DNA from: a virus
Taxonomy: Duplodnaviria > Caudoviricetes
Direction: 5' to 3' (one strand)
IMG/VR virus record: IMGVR_UViG_3300020047_006434
Coordinates: 1 to 64,000 of that record
Length of the DNA stretch: 64,000 nucleotides
Both the position numbers and the translations under genes were made by a program. Below the pieces are notes generated by a model. The model saw nothing but the letters and a program-made list of their open reading frames with translations. It did no database searches and had not been told where the DNA came from. This document shows, one piece after another, positions 35,492-45,056 of this stretch. The stretch's first letter is position 1. Every line of letters starts with the position of its first letter.

Positions 35492-36496
35492 TTAATGGCC
35501 CCCGCTACCCAGCGCCGCAACGCTGTTGATCATGGTGAATGTTAGCGCCAGCGAATCGGCGGAGGACGCAACGCCATGCCCTTCAAATGTTACGGTCGTA
35601 TTGCCGTTGCTGTTTTCGTAGTCGCTGATACTGTCGTACTTTGCTGCCAGGTCAATCTGGAATTGCAGGCTGGCCGATGGCGAAGTCTTCAGCCGAATCA
35701 GGCGCGTACCATTCGCCCGATAAATAACGCGCTCTGCCGCCACAATCGAGGCGTCTTCCAGTTCCATCGTGATACTGAAGGTGATTTCCGGTTGTGTCCA
35801 TTTGTGTGATGTGGCGTAAAGCTGGCCATCACCAACGGGCACCTGCATTAGCCCCGTCTTGACCTTGATGTTGGCTGCCGTCAACACACCGCTTTTCTGC
35901 GTGGTGCCGATGGTGCCACCACTGGCATCAATGTACAGCAGACAGTAGTTGAACAGCGCTTCATTAACGGTAGGCGCCGACAGCGAACCGGTAAAACTGG
36001 TCTGCGTCATCTGGCGCGCTAGCCAGTTTGATTGCATGGTCCAGGCTTCACCGAATGCGCCAGAAAACTCGAAGTCTTCCACGAACGCATATTCAGCCTC
36101 GTACACATCACTGCTGACGGTGGCTGACCCAGCTTCGATGGTGTACGTCTTGATCGTGTTGACCGACGTACCGCTGTATGGGTAGTTGTACACGCGTGTG
36201 TACGGCCCCGTACCGCTAGGCGTAGCAGTCTTAACACCGGCCTCTAGGATGTGGCAGACTTGTTCGTAGGTAAGGGGCGCGCTAGGTTGTGACCACTTCG
36301 CGGCGATCTTGCTGTCGTAGCTTCTTTCAGCGGAAACAAAATTTCCAATTTGCTCTTCAACTATAGTCCGCTCTCTTCCGTCCTCAATCATCGAGAAGGG
36401 GCCTCTCCACACAGATGTTGCCGCGGTAGCTGTGCCGGCACTTGCCTCTCTGCCGATCTGGACTTTCGTGTTACTAAAAGGCGAATATGTAGGCAT
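35492..36496 (-). CDS. major tail tube protein
   Basis: Position, AGGAGG RBS, beta-rich 334 aa. Confidence 0.8.
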   Translation of the reverse strand: MPTYSPFSNTKVQIGREASAGTATAATSVWRGPFSMIEDGRERTIVEEQIGNFVSAERSYDSKIAAKWSQPSAPLTYEQVCHILEAGVKTATPSGTGPYTRVYNYPYSGTSVNTIKTYTIEAGSATVSSDVYEAEYAFVEDFEFSGAFGEAWTMQSNWLARQMTQTSFTGSLSAPTVNEALFNYCLLYIDASGGTIGTTQKSGVLTAANIKVKTGLMQVPVGDGQLYATSHKWTQPEITFSITMELEDASIVAAERVIYRANGTRLIRLKTSPSASLQFQIDLAAKYDSISDYENSNGNTTVTFEGHGVASSADSLALTFTMINSVAALGSGGH

Positions 36497-36586
36497 TACC
36501 AAAACCTCCTAAAAAAAATGGCGTATAGGCATGGTTTCCCACACCTATACGCCGATGGCCCACCTGGGCGGTTAGACGTAAACTTA

Positions 36587-36615
36587 TTGACTTTTTACTA
36601 AAAATCTGCTATACT
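36587..36615 (+). promoter_or_regulatory. promoter for the antisense HNH gene
   Basis: TTGACT-17 nt-TATACT, followed by a 16-bp leader stem (TGTTCAGAACGCTTCA/TGGAGCGTTCTGAACA). Confidence 0.7.
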
Positions 36616-36744
36616 ACAGATGTTCAGAACGCTTCATACTTGGTCATTCGGGCGGGATTATGCTATAGTTATCCCGGCCTCTTGTTGCCATTGGAGCGTT
36701 CTGAACACTCGCCCAATTGACTGTGCGACAGGAGGCTTTCTTTT

Positions 36745-37632
36745 ATGCAGCACACTTGCCAACTTTGTGAAACGACATTCGATTCCCCGCATCGTAAAGC
36801 GAAATTTTGCTCCAAGGAATGCACCCGTAAGCATCGATCTATTGTTCAGACGGCGGATCGGAATTGCGAGTTGTGCGGCAAAGAACTTGTTACCCCAGGT
36901 CAGAAGAAACTCGGCTATTGTTCCATAGAATGCAGAGATAGCGACCCAAAACGTGTTGTGATTGGCGATGAAGTACACACCACTTGCGCCCACTGTGGCA
37001 ACGCGTTCACTCACGCCAAGTGGCGCAATCTCAAGTTTTGCTCCAAGGAATGCGCAGACACGTCCCGCAAGACAATAACCACAGTTCACGCCACATGCCA
37101 ACAGTGTGGCAAGGAATTCGCCCACCGTAGTCATGTCACCAGAAAGTTTTGTTCCAACGCGTGTTGGTACAAATTCGGTGTTGGCGAAAACAACCCATGC
37201 TACAATAGCGTTGATATCCAGTGCGATCAATGCGGCAAGCTTATGAAGCGCGAACCAAATCACGCCAATCGGGTAGATCATAATTTCTGCTGTACGCGCT
37301 GCCGGTCTGACTGGCACTCTGCAAACATTCGTGGCGAAATTCATCCGCTCTGGAAAGGTGGCGCTGATAGCAACCGCGGTCCCAACTGGTTGGCACAGCG
37401 TCGCAAGGCGTGGAAGCGTGACGACTACACATGCCAACACTGCGGCACAACAAAAGTGCAGTTGGGTAGAAATCCAGCCGTTCACCACATCATTCCATTT
37501 CGTGAGTTTGGAGTAGAGCGCTACAAGGATGCCAACGAATTGACTAACCTGATAACACTTTGCCCCACTTGCCACATGCGCGCTGAGCATAACCTAATCC
37601 CTATTCAGCCTTATCTTCTGTCAATTCCGTGA
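36745..37632 (+). CDS. HNH endonuclease with tandem zinc-finger repeats
   Basis: Repeated CxxCG...FCSxxC; CQHCG...VHHIIPF...NLITLCPTCH. Confidence 0.88.
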   Translation: MQHTCQLCETTFDSPHRKAKFCSKECTRKHRSIVQTADRNCELCGKELVTPGQKKLGYCSIECRDSDPKRVVIGDEVHTTCAHCGNAFTHAKWRNLKFCSKECADTSRKTITTVHATCQQCGKEFAHRSHVTRKFCSNACWYKFGVGENNPCYNSVDIQCDQCGKLMKREPNHANRVDHNFCCTRCRSDWHSANIRGEIHPLWKGGADSNRGPNWLAQRRKAWKRDDYTCQHCGTTKVQLGRNPAVHHIIPFREFGVERYKDANELTNLITLCPTCHMRAEHNLIPIQPYLLSIP

Positions 37633-37852
37633 CTACATTCACCGGCTGCTTCGCCGCTTTCTTCGCCACTGGCGCCGGTTCGACGTGCTCGAAACAGGTG
37701 CCCGGTGCGTTGACGATGTTCAGCTCAATCGCCGCTTTCAATTCTGGCGACTGCATCACTTCCCACTCGGCAATGTCGCGTGCGGGCACGGGCACGTCAG
37801 CCACCACGAAAGCGCCGTTACCGATGTATTTATAGGCTATATCTGTGTTCAT
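37601..37852 (-). CDS. small virion-region protein
   Basis: YKYIGNG...VPARD motif; in the late operon. Confidence 0.6.
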   Translation of the reverse strand: MNTDIAYKYIGNGAFVVADVPVPARDIAEWEVMQSPELKAAIELNIVNAPGTCFEHVEPAPVAKKAAKQPVNVVTELTEDKAE

Positions 37853-37879
37853 GTTATAATTCACCTAGAAAGGACTACT

Positions 37880-38176
37880 ATGAAAATCAACTTACAGATT
37901 GAAGTCGATAAAGCTACAGATGCAAGCAGCCTGATTGCACTTGCGCAACTGCTGAAAGGCGGCAAAGGTGACTATACCTTTGTCTTTGACGAAGCCATGC
38001 CAGCACTAGCCAACGTCTTACTGTGCATTAACACCATACTATTGAACACCGATGATCTAAAGTCCCGCATTGAATTGCAGAAAGAAATTGGTGATCCCAT
38101 GTTGCTGCACCGTGTACAACAAATGGCTGAAAGCCTAATCGCCCACATCAAGCCACATCTCTCCTCACCAACTTAG
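37880..38176 (+). CDS. antisense moron-like hypothetical protein
   Basis: GAAAGGA RBS; opposite to the late operon. Confidence 0.5.
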   Translation: MKINLQIEVDKATDASSLIALAQLLKGGKGDYTFVFDEAMPALANVLLCINTILLNTDDLKSRIELQKEIGDPMLLHRVQQMAESLIAHIKPHLSSPT

Positions 38177-38798
38177 GCGCATCCACGTCAGGCCACAGCA
38201 CTACGCTGCCGTCAATGTGGCCGCACACGACACCGCAATGATGCACCTGTGGCACACCGTAGGCGATACAGTCCAGTGCAAACGTCCAGTCATCTGCTAC
38301 GACGCCCAGTGGGTCATTGCGAAAGGCTAGCGTCTCCAGCACATCCCGCCGAATCAGTGTACAGCCCATACCAGCGCCCTGTGTGATCACCACGTTACCG
38401 AACCACTGCGCCGCTAACTCTGGCTGCTCGTCAACAAACTCCACTTCATAGCCTGACAGTCGTGTGAACGCTAGCCAGTGGTAAGGCGCATACCGCATCA
38501 CGTACAGCCCATAGGCAACAGGCACATCTAGCGCCACCAGTTTCGACAGCGCATCGGGCGGGATGATCATGTCTGCTTCCACCAGAAACAGCGCATCATA
38601 GCCCCCATCTAGCACCAGGCGACGCGCTTCGTTGTGCTTGTCAACGATGTCGGCGTACTTGCCCATACGGTTGGGCCGGTCATTGCGGCCATAGACGATA
38701 GGCATTGTCGGCCACACTAGATTGTCGATGCTGGCAGCGGTGAGAGGGTGCAGACGTGGCTGTGTTGGGTTGAGCGGCACATGGGTCAGGATGCGCAT
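38148..38798 (-). CDS. GT-A (family 2-like) glycosyltransferase
   Basis: YDALFLVEADMIIPPDAL, GAGMGCTLIRRDV, DDWTF, VVCGH. Confidence 0.8.
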   Translation of the reverse strand: MRILTHVPLNPTQPRLHPLTAASIDNLVWPTMPIVYGRNDRPNRMGKYADIVDKHNEARRLVLDGGYDALFLVEADMIIPPDALSKLVALDVPVAYGLYVMRYAPYHWLAFTRLSGYEVEFVDEQPELAAQWFGNVVITQGAGMGCTLIRRDVLETLAFRNDPLGVVADDWTFALDCIAYGVPQVHHCGVVCGHIDGSVVLWPDVDAPKLVRRDVA

Positions 38799-38941
38799 CG
38801 TTCGTCAATCGCCTGCAACGCCTTGGTTAGCCATGCCAGTACTGCTTTGCTCGGCGGAAATAGTAACTGTTCAACTATTGACATCCATGCATTGCTTAAG
38901 TCTGAACATGCTTCCGATAACGTCGCCTGCTTATTGTCCAT
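38786..38941 (-). CDS. 51-aa hypothetical protein (not in ORF track)
   Basis: Fills the gap between the methyltransferase and glycosyltransferase genes, overlapping both. Confidence 0.45.
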   Translation of the reverse strand: MDNKQATLSEACSDLSNAWMSIVEQLLFPPSKAVLAWLTKALQAIDERCAS

Positions 38942-39419
38942 GCTTAAAAGCCACCCCACTAATGTCTGTGTCGTTGTACATGCGAATGTCGTAGCTTTCC
39001 AATTTGCCGGTTATGTCAAACAGGTATGACATCCCATCGGGCAAAATTCTATAGCAATCTATCGGATAACGGTGGTACTCCCAGCGGGTATGTGTGATAA
39101 TCGCTAGCATCCCGCCAGGGCGCAACACTCGCACCAACTCAGGCACCCATAGCCAGATTGCCTGCACATGCTCCATCGTGCTACCGCTGATCACAATGTC
39201 GAATGAATCGTCATCGAACGGGAAGCGGTACGGGTCAGGCGACACCATGTCAACGTTTGGGCCGGCGCAAAGGTCGAGTCCTGTATACTGCCATCCCCGT
39301 CGCTGAACCATCGGTCGGTAGGTGCCATTTACGTCCAGGCTGCCCACGTCTAGCAATCGTGCGTGACCTTGCCAGCGGTCGAGAATGCGGGTCATCTCTG
39401 ACAGGCTTGCGTCATGCAT
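38931..39419 (-). CDS. class I SAM-dependent methyltransferase
   Basis: LLDVGS, GLDL, FDIVISGSTMEH, LRPGG. Confidence 0.9.
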   Translation of the reverse strand: MHDASLSEMTRILDRWQGHARLLDVGSLDVNGTYRPMVQRRGWQYTGLDLCAGPNVDMVSPDPYRFPFDDDSFDIVISGSTMEHVQAIWLWVPELVRVLRPGGMLAIITHTRWEYHRYPIDCYRILPDGMSYLFDITGKLESYDIRMYNDTDISGVAFKHGQ

Positions 39420-39424
39420 TAGCG

Positions 39425-39793
39425 CTATTCGTCCTCGTCGGGCACTTCGCCCAACTCTTGCAGGATGACATGGGCATCATCGGGATTCGCCTGCGCCAAG
39501 ATGATTGCCTTAACCTTGGCGCTTACCTCATCTTTGGCGATGAATGCTGGCGTCTCAAAGTACACAGCGCCCCTGACGATAACATAGGCTTTATATAGAC
39601 ACTTCACTGGTTTGCTTTCCTCCTGCATGTCTCGGTATGGCGCTGTGCCACTAGTGATCAGGACCGTGCCCGAACTACTCCATGCGGAGCTGTATGGACT
39701 ACAGCTCGCGCTAGATAGCACGCTAGATCCTGAAATAGTTAACGATCCAGGCGCAGATAGCACGCCCTGGTCTGTATTTTTTTGTGGATACAT
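39425..39793 (-). CDS. hypothetical protein (Ser-rich N-terminus)
   Basis: ORF in the late operon. Confidence 0.5.
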   Translation of the reverse strand: MYPQKNTDQGVLSAPGSLTISGSSVLSSASCSPYSSAWSSSGTVLITSGTAPYRDMQEESKPVKCLYKAYVIVRGAVYFETPAFIAKDEVSAKVKAIILAQANPDDAHVILQELGEVPDEDE

Positions 39794-39795
39794 CA

Positions 39796-40215
39796 CTATG
39801 ATTCGTTCACCTTTACCGTAATCGTAAACCGCACGCCAAAACACAACTGCTGATTGTACTGTAGTGGCAGCGTCTGGTAACGCAACCCCACGCCGCCGGT
39901 CGTATCCCACACCACATGGCTGACAGCGCCGCCCAATGTCTGGTCCGCCTTCAACGCCGCAAAGGCACGGTCAGGCCACGGCTTGGCAGCGTCAACCACT
40001 TCGGGCAAATACTGACGCGCCAGGTATACTTCGGCCACCAGGGTATGCAACGAATAGCCACCGGACGCCGTGTAATACATCACGCCGTCTTTGCTGTAAA
40101 CAATCAGTGACGGGAATTCGTTGATAGACTCAGGCGGATCAGGATAGGTGCGCACCAAGCCCGTCATGGTGGCTAGTCGTGTGCGTAGACCGTCAATGGC
40201 AGTGCTAAGGCTCAT
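39796..40215 (-). CDS. tail terminator/completion protein
   Basis: Position; ...ADQTLGG...GVRFTITV. Confidence 0.7.
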   Translation of the reverse strand: MSLSTAIDGLRTRLATMTGLVRTYPDPPESINEFPSLIVYSKDGVMYYTASGGYSLHTLVAEVYLARQYLPEVVDAAKPWPDRAFAALKADQTLGGAVSHVVWDTTGGVGLRYQTLPLQYNQQLCFGVRFTITVKVNES

Positions 40216-40388
40216 AAGTCATACTCTTTTGCGACGGTGTGCCATGTGGCGTAAGCTATAGCGCCACTGGCTATACTGCCACCAATCCCCAAGATTGCCG
40301 CCGGACTAAGTATCAATGAAGCAACGCCGGCGCTCATGATACCCATACCGAAAAACACAAGCATCACCAAACGTTCGCGTGCTGTCAT
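40212..40388 (-). CDS. 58-aa two-TM membrane protein (not in ORF track)
   Basis: MTARERLVMLVFFGMG...; ATGA overlaps at both ends. Confidence 0.55.
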   Translation of the reverse strand: MTARERLVMLVFFGMGIMSAGVASLILSPAAILGIGGSIASGAIAYATWHTVAKEYDL

Positions 40389-40519
40389 AGACTTGTCTCC
40401 TGACTTCGCAGGAAAGAACCAAGCGCAATCAGCGCAATCCCGATGGCAAGAAAGGCAGAGTTATCATTTACGACAGCTACCACAACAGCGCATACAGTAG
40501 TAATGATGAGCCATATCAC
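40385..40519 (-). CDS. 44-aa two-TM membrane protein (not in ORF track)
   Basis: GTG-IWLIITTVCAVVVAVV...FLAIGIALIALGS. Confidence 0.5.
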   Translation of the reverse strand: MIWLIITTVCAVVVAVVNDNSAFLAIGIALIALGSFLRSQETSL

Positions 40520-40542
40520 TACATCTCTTTTGGTTAATGGCG

Positions 40543-41121
40543 TCATAAACTCGGCCCCCGGCTTCTCAGCAGCGCCAACACCTGTTTCGGGATGGCCTCA
40601 CTGTAGATAAGCTGCCCTAACTCCTGGTTGGCAGTAGCGTCCTGCAATGCGCTTTGGTAGCGTTTCACTAGCCATCCAACCCACATGGCGGCCGCTTCGC
40701 TGATGTTGTCAGGCACGCTTGTGCTATAGCCAAACTTACCCACCACGGTGATTTCGCCGTCGGTCGTAATGCCCCAATCGTACCCGGTCAACAACTCGAT
40801 AAAGTGCTTGCGCGCCTCGTTGCGTGGGTGCAACCGGTAGCCGTTTGACGGAATCACACCGCCATCACCGTTCGTCAGCGTGGTTACACTCAGGCACGGC
40901 GTATCCAGAAACAACCGCGCCCGCTGAATCTCGCTATACTGATAATAGCGCGTTGTGTCAGCCGTCACCCGAAAGCCACCGGCCGGCATGTTGTGCATTT
41001 CGTCAAGGCGTAGCGACACGGTATTGATCAACTGTGTGATCCCCGCGTCGCTGCTGGTTGACGTAATGTCCAACCTGGCCTTGTCTTTGACATCAGCAAC
41101 CGTGCAGTATGGTACTGTCAT
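40543..41121 (-). CDS. head-tail adaptor (gp6/gp15-like)
   Basis: YCTVADVK, VGKFGYSTSVPDNISEAA. Confidence 0.85.
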   Translation of the reverse strand: MTVPYCTVADVKDKARLDITSTSSDAGITQLINTVSLRLDEMHNMPAGGFRVTADTTRYYQYSEIQRARLFLDTPCLSVTTLTNGDGGVIPSNGYRLHPRNEARKHFIELLTGYDWGITTDGEITVVGKFGYSTSVPDNISEAAAMWVGWLVKRYQSALQDATANQELGQLIYSEAIPKQVLALLRSRGPSL

Positions 41122-41124
41122 ACA

Positions 41125-41331
41125 TTATCCCTCGGTGGATTTGCGCTTACGCTTTGGCTTCGGCGCATCCTCCACCGGCTGTTCCTCTGTTGGTGGTACG
41201 TATTCCGCGGCTTGCTCTGCGACTATTTGGCTGGCAATGTCATCCTCAAAAGCGACAACATCACCAGCCGGATAGAACACTTCGCGAGTCAGTTTGCCAC
41301 GGTAATCGCGTGTAAACTTAACTTCTGTCAT
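41125..41331 (-). CDS. small head-associated protein
   Basis: Typical post-capsid small ORF with basic tail. Confidence 0.65.
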   Translation of the reverse strand: MTEVKFTRDYRGKLTREVFYPAGDVVAFEDDIASQIVAEQAAEYVPPTEEQPVEDAPKPKRKRKSTEG

Positions 41332-41333
41332 GG

Positions 41334-41732
41334 TTAGGCCAGCGTCACATTAACATTATTTGTGACGTACCATTCGCCCTGGTACGCGGTGACCGCAATG
41401 CCGTCACCGATAGCGCCGCCGAACGTGCCAACGTCGCCACCTGTGTCGCCAGCATTAAAACCGATGGTGGTGGCGGTGACGGTGTGAGCCGCGGCGGTGG
41501 TGCTCACGAACACGATCTCTACACCGTCATGCGTGGTCGCAGTCGGCGCGGCCAGGGTAAGGTTGGCCGCGGTGCCTTTGGTGATGAACACCTTGAGACG
41601 ACCGCTAGCCGGAATCGACACGGCGCCGTTGGCGCTGGCAACGGTAAACTGATTCGATACATCAGTCGCAGCAATCGACGCCAGATCATCACCAGTGGCC
41701 ACATCGCGCTTGAGATTATACAATCCTGCCAT
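41334..41732 (-). CDS. capsid decoration-like protein
   Basis: Directly after the MCP gene; beta-rich. Confidence 0.6.
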   Translation of the reverse strand: MAGLYNLKRDVATGDDLASIAATDVSNQFTVASANGAVSIPASGRLKVFITKGTAANLTLAAPTATTHDGVEIVFVSTTAAAHTVTATTIGFNAGDTGGDVGTFGGAIGDGIAVTAYQGEWYVTNNVNVTLA

Positions 41733-41744
41733 GATGGCCTCCTG

Positions 41745-44700
41745 TTAAAGCGTGACGTTGTACGAAATTGCAGAAGCTTCCGTATCCCGGTAGACCATGC
41801 CGACGCGCATCATGCCGACAATCACGGTGCTGTCACTGATGGCATCACGCTGAACCTCAAACGTCCAGTTGCGCTTGTAGCCAAGGCGCCACTGATCCCA
41901 GCGCACGGCCAAAATGCTGCCGGTCGTGTTGTTGCTGGCGGTGTCCAGGTCAATCTTGCCGGCCGTGTTGGCCTTCAGCCCGTAGGTAGCATCCTGGTTG
42001 GCGCGGTGCATGTTGTTGGTGGTCAGCACATCGTAGCCGTACACCCGGCGCAAAACACCCTCTTCGATGGTTGGCATCGAGTAGACATCCTGTGTTTTGA
42101 GTTCGGCCAGTTCCAACGATTTCCAGTGCGTGAACATGTCAATGATATAGCTGACGCGGGATTTCTCCACGGCGTTCTTGCCACCCAGACCCATTAGCTT
42201 AATGGTTTCCAGGTAATCCTCAATCGTCAACGTGCCAGCGCTGCGGCTGTTGGCCGTGTTGGTGACCAAGGCAAGCTTGCGGAAGCCGTCAAACAACAGG
42301 AAGGCTTCTGTGCCAGCAGGAGTGCCGCCGATGTCGTTGATGTTCGTGGTTGCGCCGGTGGCGGTATCGCCATCAACAACCACGTGTTCTAGCACTTCGG
42401 CGCCTTCGTTGATCAGGTCGCGGCGGAGTTCAGCCACCCAGGGGATCAAGGAATCTTCCTCAAGCTCACCGCTATAGTTGACGGCAGCGCCCAGCTTGCT
42501 GACGGTCAGCGTTTTGCTAGTGCTGCCCATCTTGCTGCTGGTGATGGTCGGTGTCACGCGCCCCGGATTGCTGTCCTGCGCAGTCGCCTGTGCAACCTTG
42601 TAGAACGTGGGGCTGGTCGTGTTGACCGGAATCACAATGGATTCGCTGCCTTGCGGCACGACCACAGTGGGGATGCGGTTGACGATTTGCGTCTGTAGCC
42701 GAATCTTGTCCCACAACTGGGTGGAATAAGTCACGCCGATCCATTCATCCCCGTAACTGGACAGCGTGCTATAGTTGAGTTCATTCGCCTTCATCGACTT
42801 GACGGCTTCAGGCATAGCACTCTTAGCAGAACGGTATTCGTCGCCTTTGCCTTCGCTGGAATCAAGCAGGCGGATGGCCAAAGCACGGCGCAAACCTTCG
42901 GTCGTGCCTGGGCTTTCGCGGCCGTCAATGCGCATCCCCTTGGCGCTATTGAGTACGCCACTCATAAAGGAGAGGTCCTCAATCGATAGCCCGTCGTACT
43001 TGGCCTCAAACTTCGCCACGTGCGGCGCCCCACCAGGCAGGCGGCGGGCCTCGGCAGCTTCAGCCTTAGCAGCATCGGCGGCGGCCTTGGCGGCGTCTAG
43101 TTCGGCTTGCATCGCATCACGTGCAGCCTTGGCGGCATCGGTGGCCGCTGACTTCACAGCGTTCGCGATTTCGGCTTGACGGTCAGCTTCGGCTTTGGCA
43201 GCGGCATCGCGTTGGGCGAGCGCTGAAGCGACAGACTGAGCAACAAGCTCCTGAATATTTACATCGCTCATATTGTCTAAAACTCCTGTAGAACTAATGT
43301 CTTGTTGAGTGTCCGTCTCATTCGCTTTTGCCGATGCCAGCCCTCGCAACGATGTACGGTCGTCGCCTATAGCCGCACCCTCTGGCGTTTGCGCAGAGTC
43401 GGGAGATTCTATGTCAAGCGGCCAGGTCAATCCCGCCGCTGCATAAACTGATTTAAGGACCGGCAGCGCCACAGCGTATTGATTCGCCGGCTGCCGTTTG
43501 CCCACTGCGTCAAAAATTGACAGCTCTGCCACAGGCCAGTGGGTAATGTGCCCGTCGCGTTCTTTGCGCACGAGGTGCGTGATGCTGCCACTGCTCGCCC
43601 GTGCGATACCCTGTTTGGCTGCATTCCAGACGCGTACAGCGTAAGCCTGCGCTTTATCTAGTAGTGTCTTGTACCAGTGACCTTTGCTGTCGGTGTGGCT
43701 GTAAATCGCCGTGCCGATGACCTGCGGTTCGCTGGACGGGTGCCCGTTTTCGTCGTAGCCGTGGTAGTAAATGACCGGCACGGACGGGTAGCGGTCAGCA
43801 TAGATATTTGTCTTGCTGCTGAAGTACTCACCGTCGCTATCCTTGCCAGCATTAGGCCCACCAAACGGCACGCCCAACACTTCAAGCGCCCATTCGCCAT
43901 CGGATTTGATGGCACGGACTAAGCCGGTGATGATTGGCTGCGATTCAGCGGCTTTCAGTTCAAAGCCTTTGACCGCTTCGCCTTTCACTTCAATCTCAAT
44001 ACTCACGCCGCCCTCGTTTTCGCCTTCGTCATCCTCACCCATACCGAACAACATGTAATCGATGCGCTCACCGGCCCAGACGAGGGAGAAGCCTGCAAAG
44101 TTCATGCCAAGCGCCGGCATGTCAAGCGCTGGCAGCGGTTCAGATGTGGGCAAATAGCCCAACGTCAAATGCGGCGTAAATCCGTGGTCTTCGGGCAGTT
44201 CGACACAGCATTCGGTTAATTCGTGGAGCAGTTTGGCGCGCAGCTTGAACAGCGCCGGGCTGTCATAGTTGGCGTAGACGGGGTACATTTCGGCATTGCC
44301 ACTAAATCGCCCGTAGCCGTTCAGTTTACCGGCCACCGGTTCGCATTCATCAGCGATGCAGGCGAGGGTTTCGATGACCTTGTTTTTGTAGCCGGTAATC
44401 AACTGGGCATCGTCACCCAAGTACAACAGCGTAATGTGGTCAGCTTCGCTATTGGCCATGTCGCCAACACGAAACGGCGCCAACTGCGCCTGCTGCTCAG
44501 GTGACAACATCAGCGCTACCATTGCGCCTGGGTGTGCGTTCGGATCGATCTGCACAGCCTTTTGCGCCATGTCATCAGCGGGCATGGTTGGCTCATCACT
44601 GGCACTTGGTTCCAGTTCCAGCGTGGTCGCCACGATAGTCTGCGCCTGCTGGCGAATGTTGCGAATCCGTTGTCGGTCGCTTCTACTGTTGCGCTGTCCT

Positions 44701-45056
44701 GCCTTACCTGCCATGCGTTCCTGCTCTCGTAATATGCGTTGTGCCCATGCTTTGCCGGCGTTGCCACCCCACAACAACCACGCCACGGTCCCGGCCGTTG
44801 GCCCGCCGTCGAACTCTTTCACGTTGGGTCTATAGTTCTTCTGGTGCCGGCTGAAAAAGTTCGCCATGCGCTGGATTGTGTCCAAGCTTACGGCGTCACC
44901 ATTCGCCAGATTCGTGGCACGCTGTACACCACTGCCGATGCCTTCGTCGCTGGCTTCTGCGTTACTCAAGCCACCACGCCCCCACTTTTTGCGGAGTTCT
45001 AGCCCCCGACGGGCAGCACTGCGGACGTTTTCAGGTGGTACAAACGAATCAGCCAT
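41745..45056 (-). CDS. capsid polyprotein: N-terminal domain + 2H phosphoesterase + prohead protease + scaffold + HK97-fold major capsid protein
   Basis: HITL (44430-44438) and HLTL (44163-44171) 2H motifs; VLGVPFGG..DSDGEYF..YYHG..ASSGS..WPVAELS protease; Ala-rich coil; MCP motifs ELEEDS, FDGFRKLA. Confidence 0.88.
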   Translation of the reverse strand: MADSFVPPENVRSAARRGLELRKKWGRGGLSNAEASDEGIGSGVQRATNLANGDAVSLDTIQRMANFFSRHQKNYRPNVKEFDGGPTAGTVAWLLWGGNAGKAWAQRILREQERMAGKAGQRNSRSDRQRIRNIRQQAQTIVATTLELEPSASDEPTMPADDMAQKAVQIDPNAHPGAMVALMLSPEQQAQLAPFRVGDMANSEADHITLLYLGDDAQLITGYKNKVIETLACIADECEPVAGKLNGYGRFSGNAEMYPVYANYDSPALFKLRAKLLHELTECCVELPEDHGFTPHLTLGYLPTSEPLPALDMPALGMNFAGFSLVWAGERIDYMLFGMGEDDEGENEGGVSIEIEVKGEAVKGFELKAAESQPIITGLVRAIKSDGEWALEVLGVPFGGPNAGKDSDGEYFSSKTNIYADRYPSVPVIYYHGYDENGHPSSEPQVIGTAIYSHTDSKGHWYKTLLDKAQAYAVRVWNAAKQGIARASSGSITHLVRKERDGHITHWPVAELSIFDAVGKRQPANQYAVALPVLKSVYAAAGLTWPLDIESPDSAQTPEGAAIGDDRTSLRGLASAKANETDTQQDISSTGVLDNMSDVNIQELVAQSVASALAQRDAAAKAEADRQAEIANAVKSAATDAAKAARDAMQAELDAAKAAADAAKAEAAEARRLPGGAPHVAKFEAKYDGLSIEDLSFMSGVLNSAKGMRIDGRESPGTTEGLRRALAIRLLDSSEGKGDEYRSAKSAMPEAVKSMKANELNYSTLSSYGDEWIGVTYSTQLWDKIRLQTQIVNRIPTVVVPQGSESIVIPVNTTSPTFYKVAQATAQDSNPGRVTPTITSSKMGSTSKTLTVSKLGAAVNYSGELEEDSLIPWVAELRRDLINEGAEVLEHVVVDGDTATGATTNINDIGGTPAGTEAFLLFDGFRKLALVTNTANSRSAGTLTIEDYLETIKLMGLGGKNAVEKSRVSYIIDMFTHWKSLELAELKTQDVYSMPTIEEGVLRRVYGYDVLTTNNMHRANQDATYGLKANTAGKIDLDTASNNTTGSILAVRWDQWRLGYKRNWTFEVQRDAISDSTVIVGMMRVGMVYRDTEASAISYNVTL

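Noticed and set aside
36658-37590. 310-aa minus-strand ORF
   Set aside because: Antisense shadow of the clearly recognisable HNH gene.
38786-38941. Identical MDNKQAT N-terminus shared with the RHH protein at 53954-54118
   Set aside because: There is no similarity beyond 7 residues and synonymous positions differ; probably chance.
41484-42197. Long + strand ORFs across the structural arm (also 34490-35020, 54737-55306, 26835-27377)
   Set aside because: Antisense shadows of GC-rich coding genes, with no motifs or RBS.
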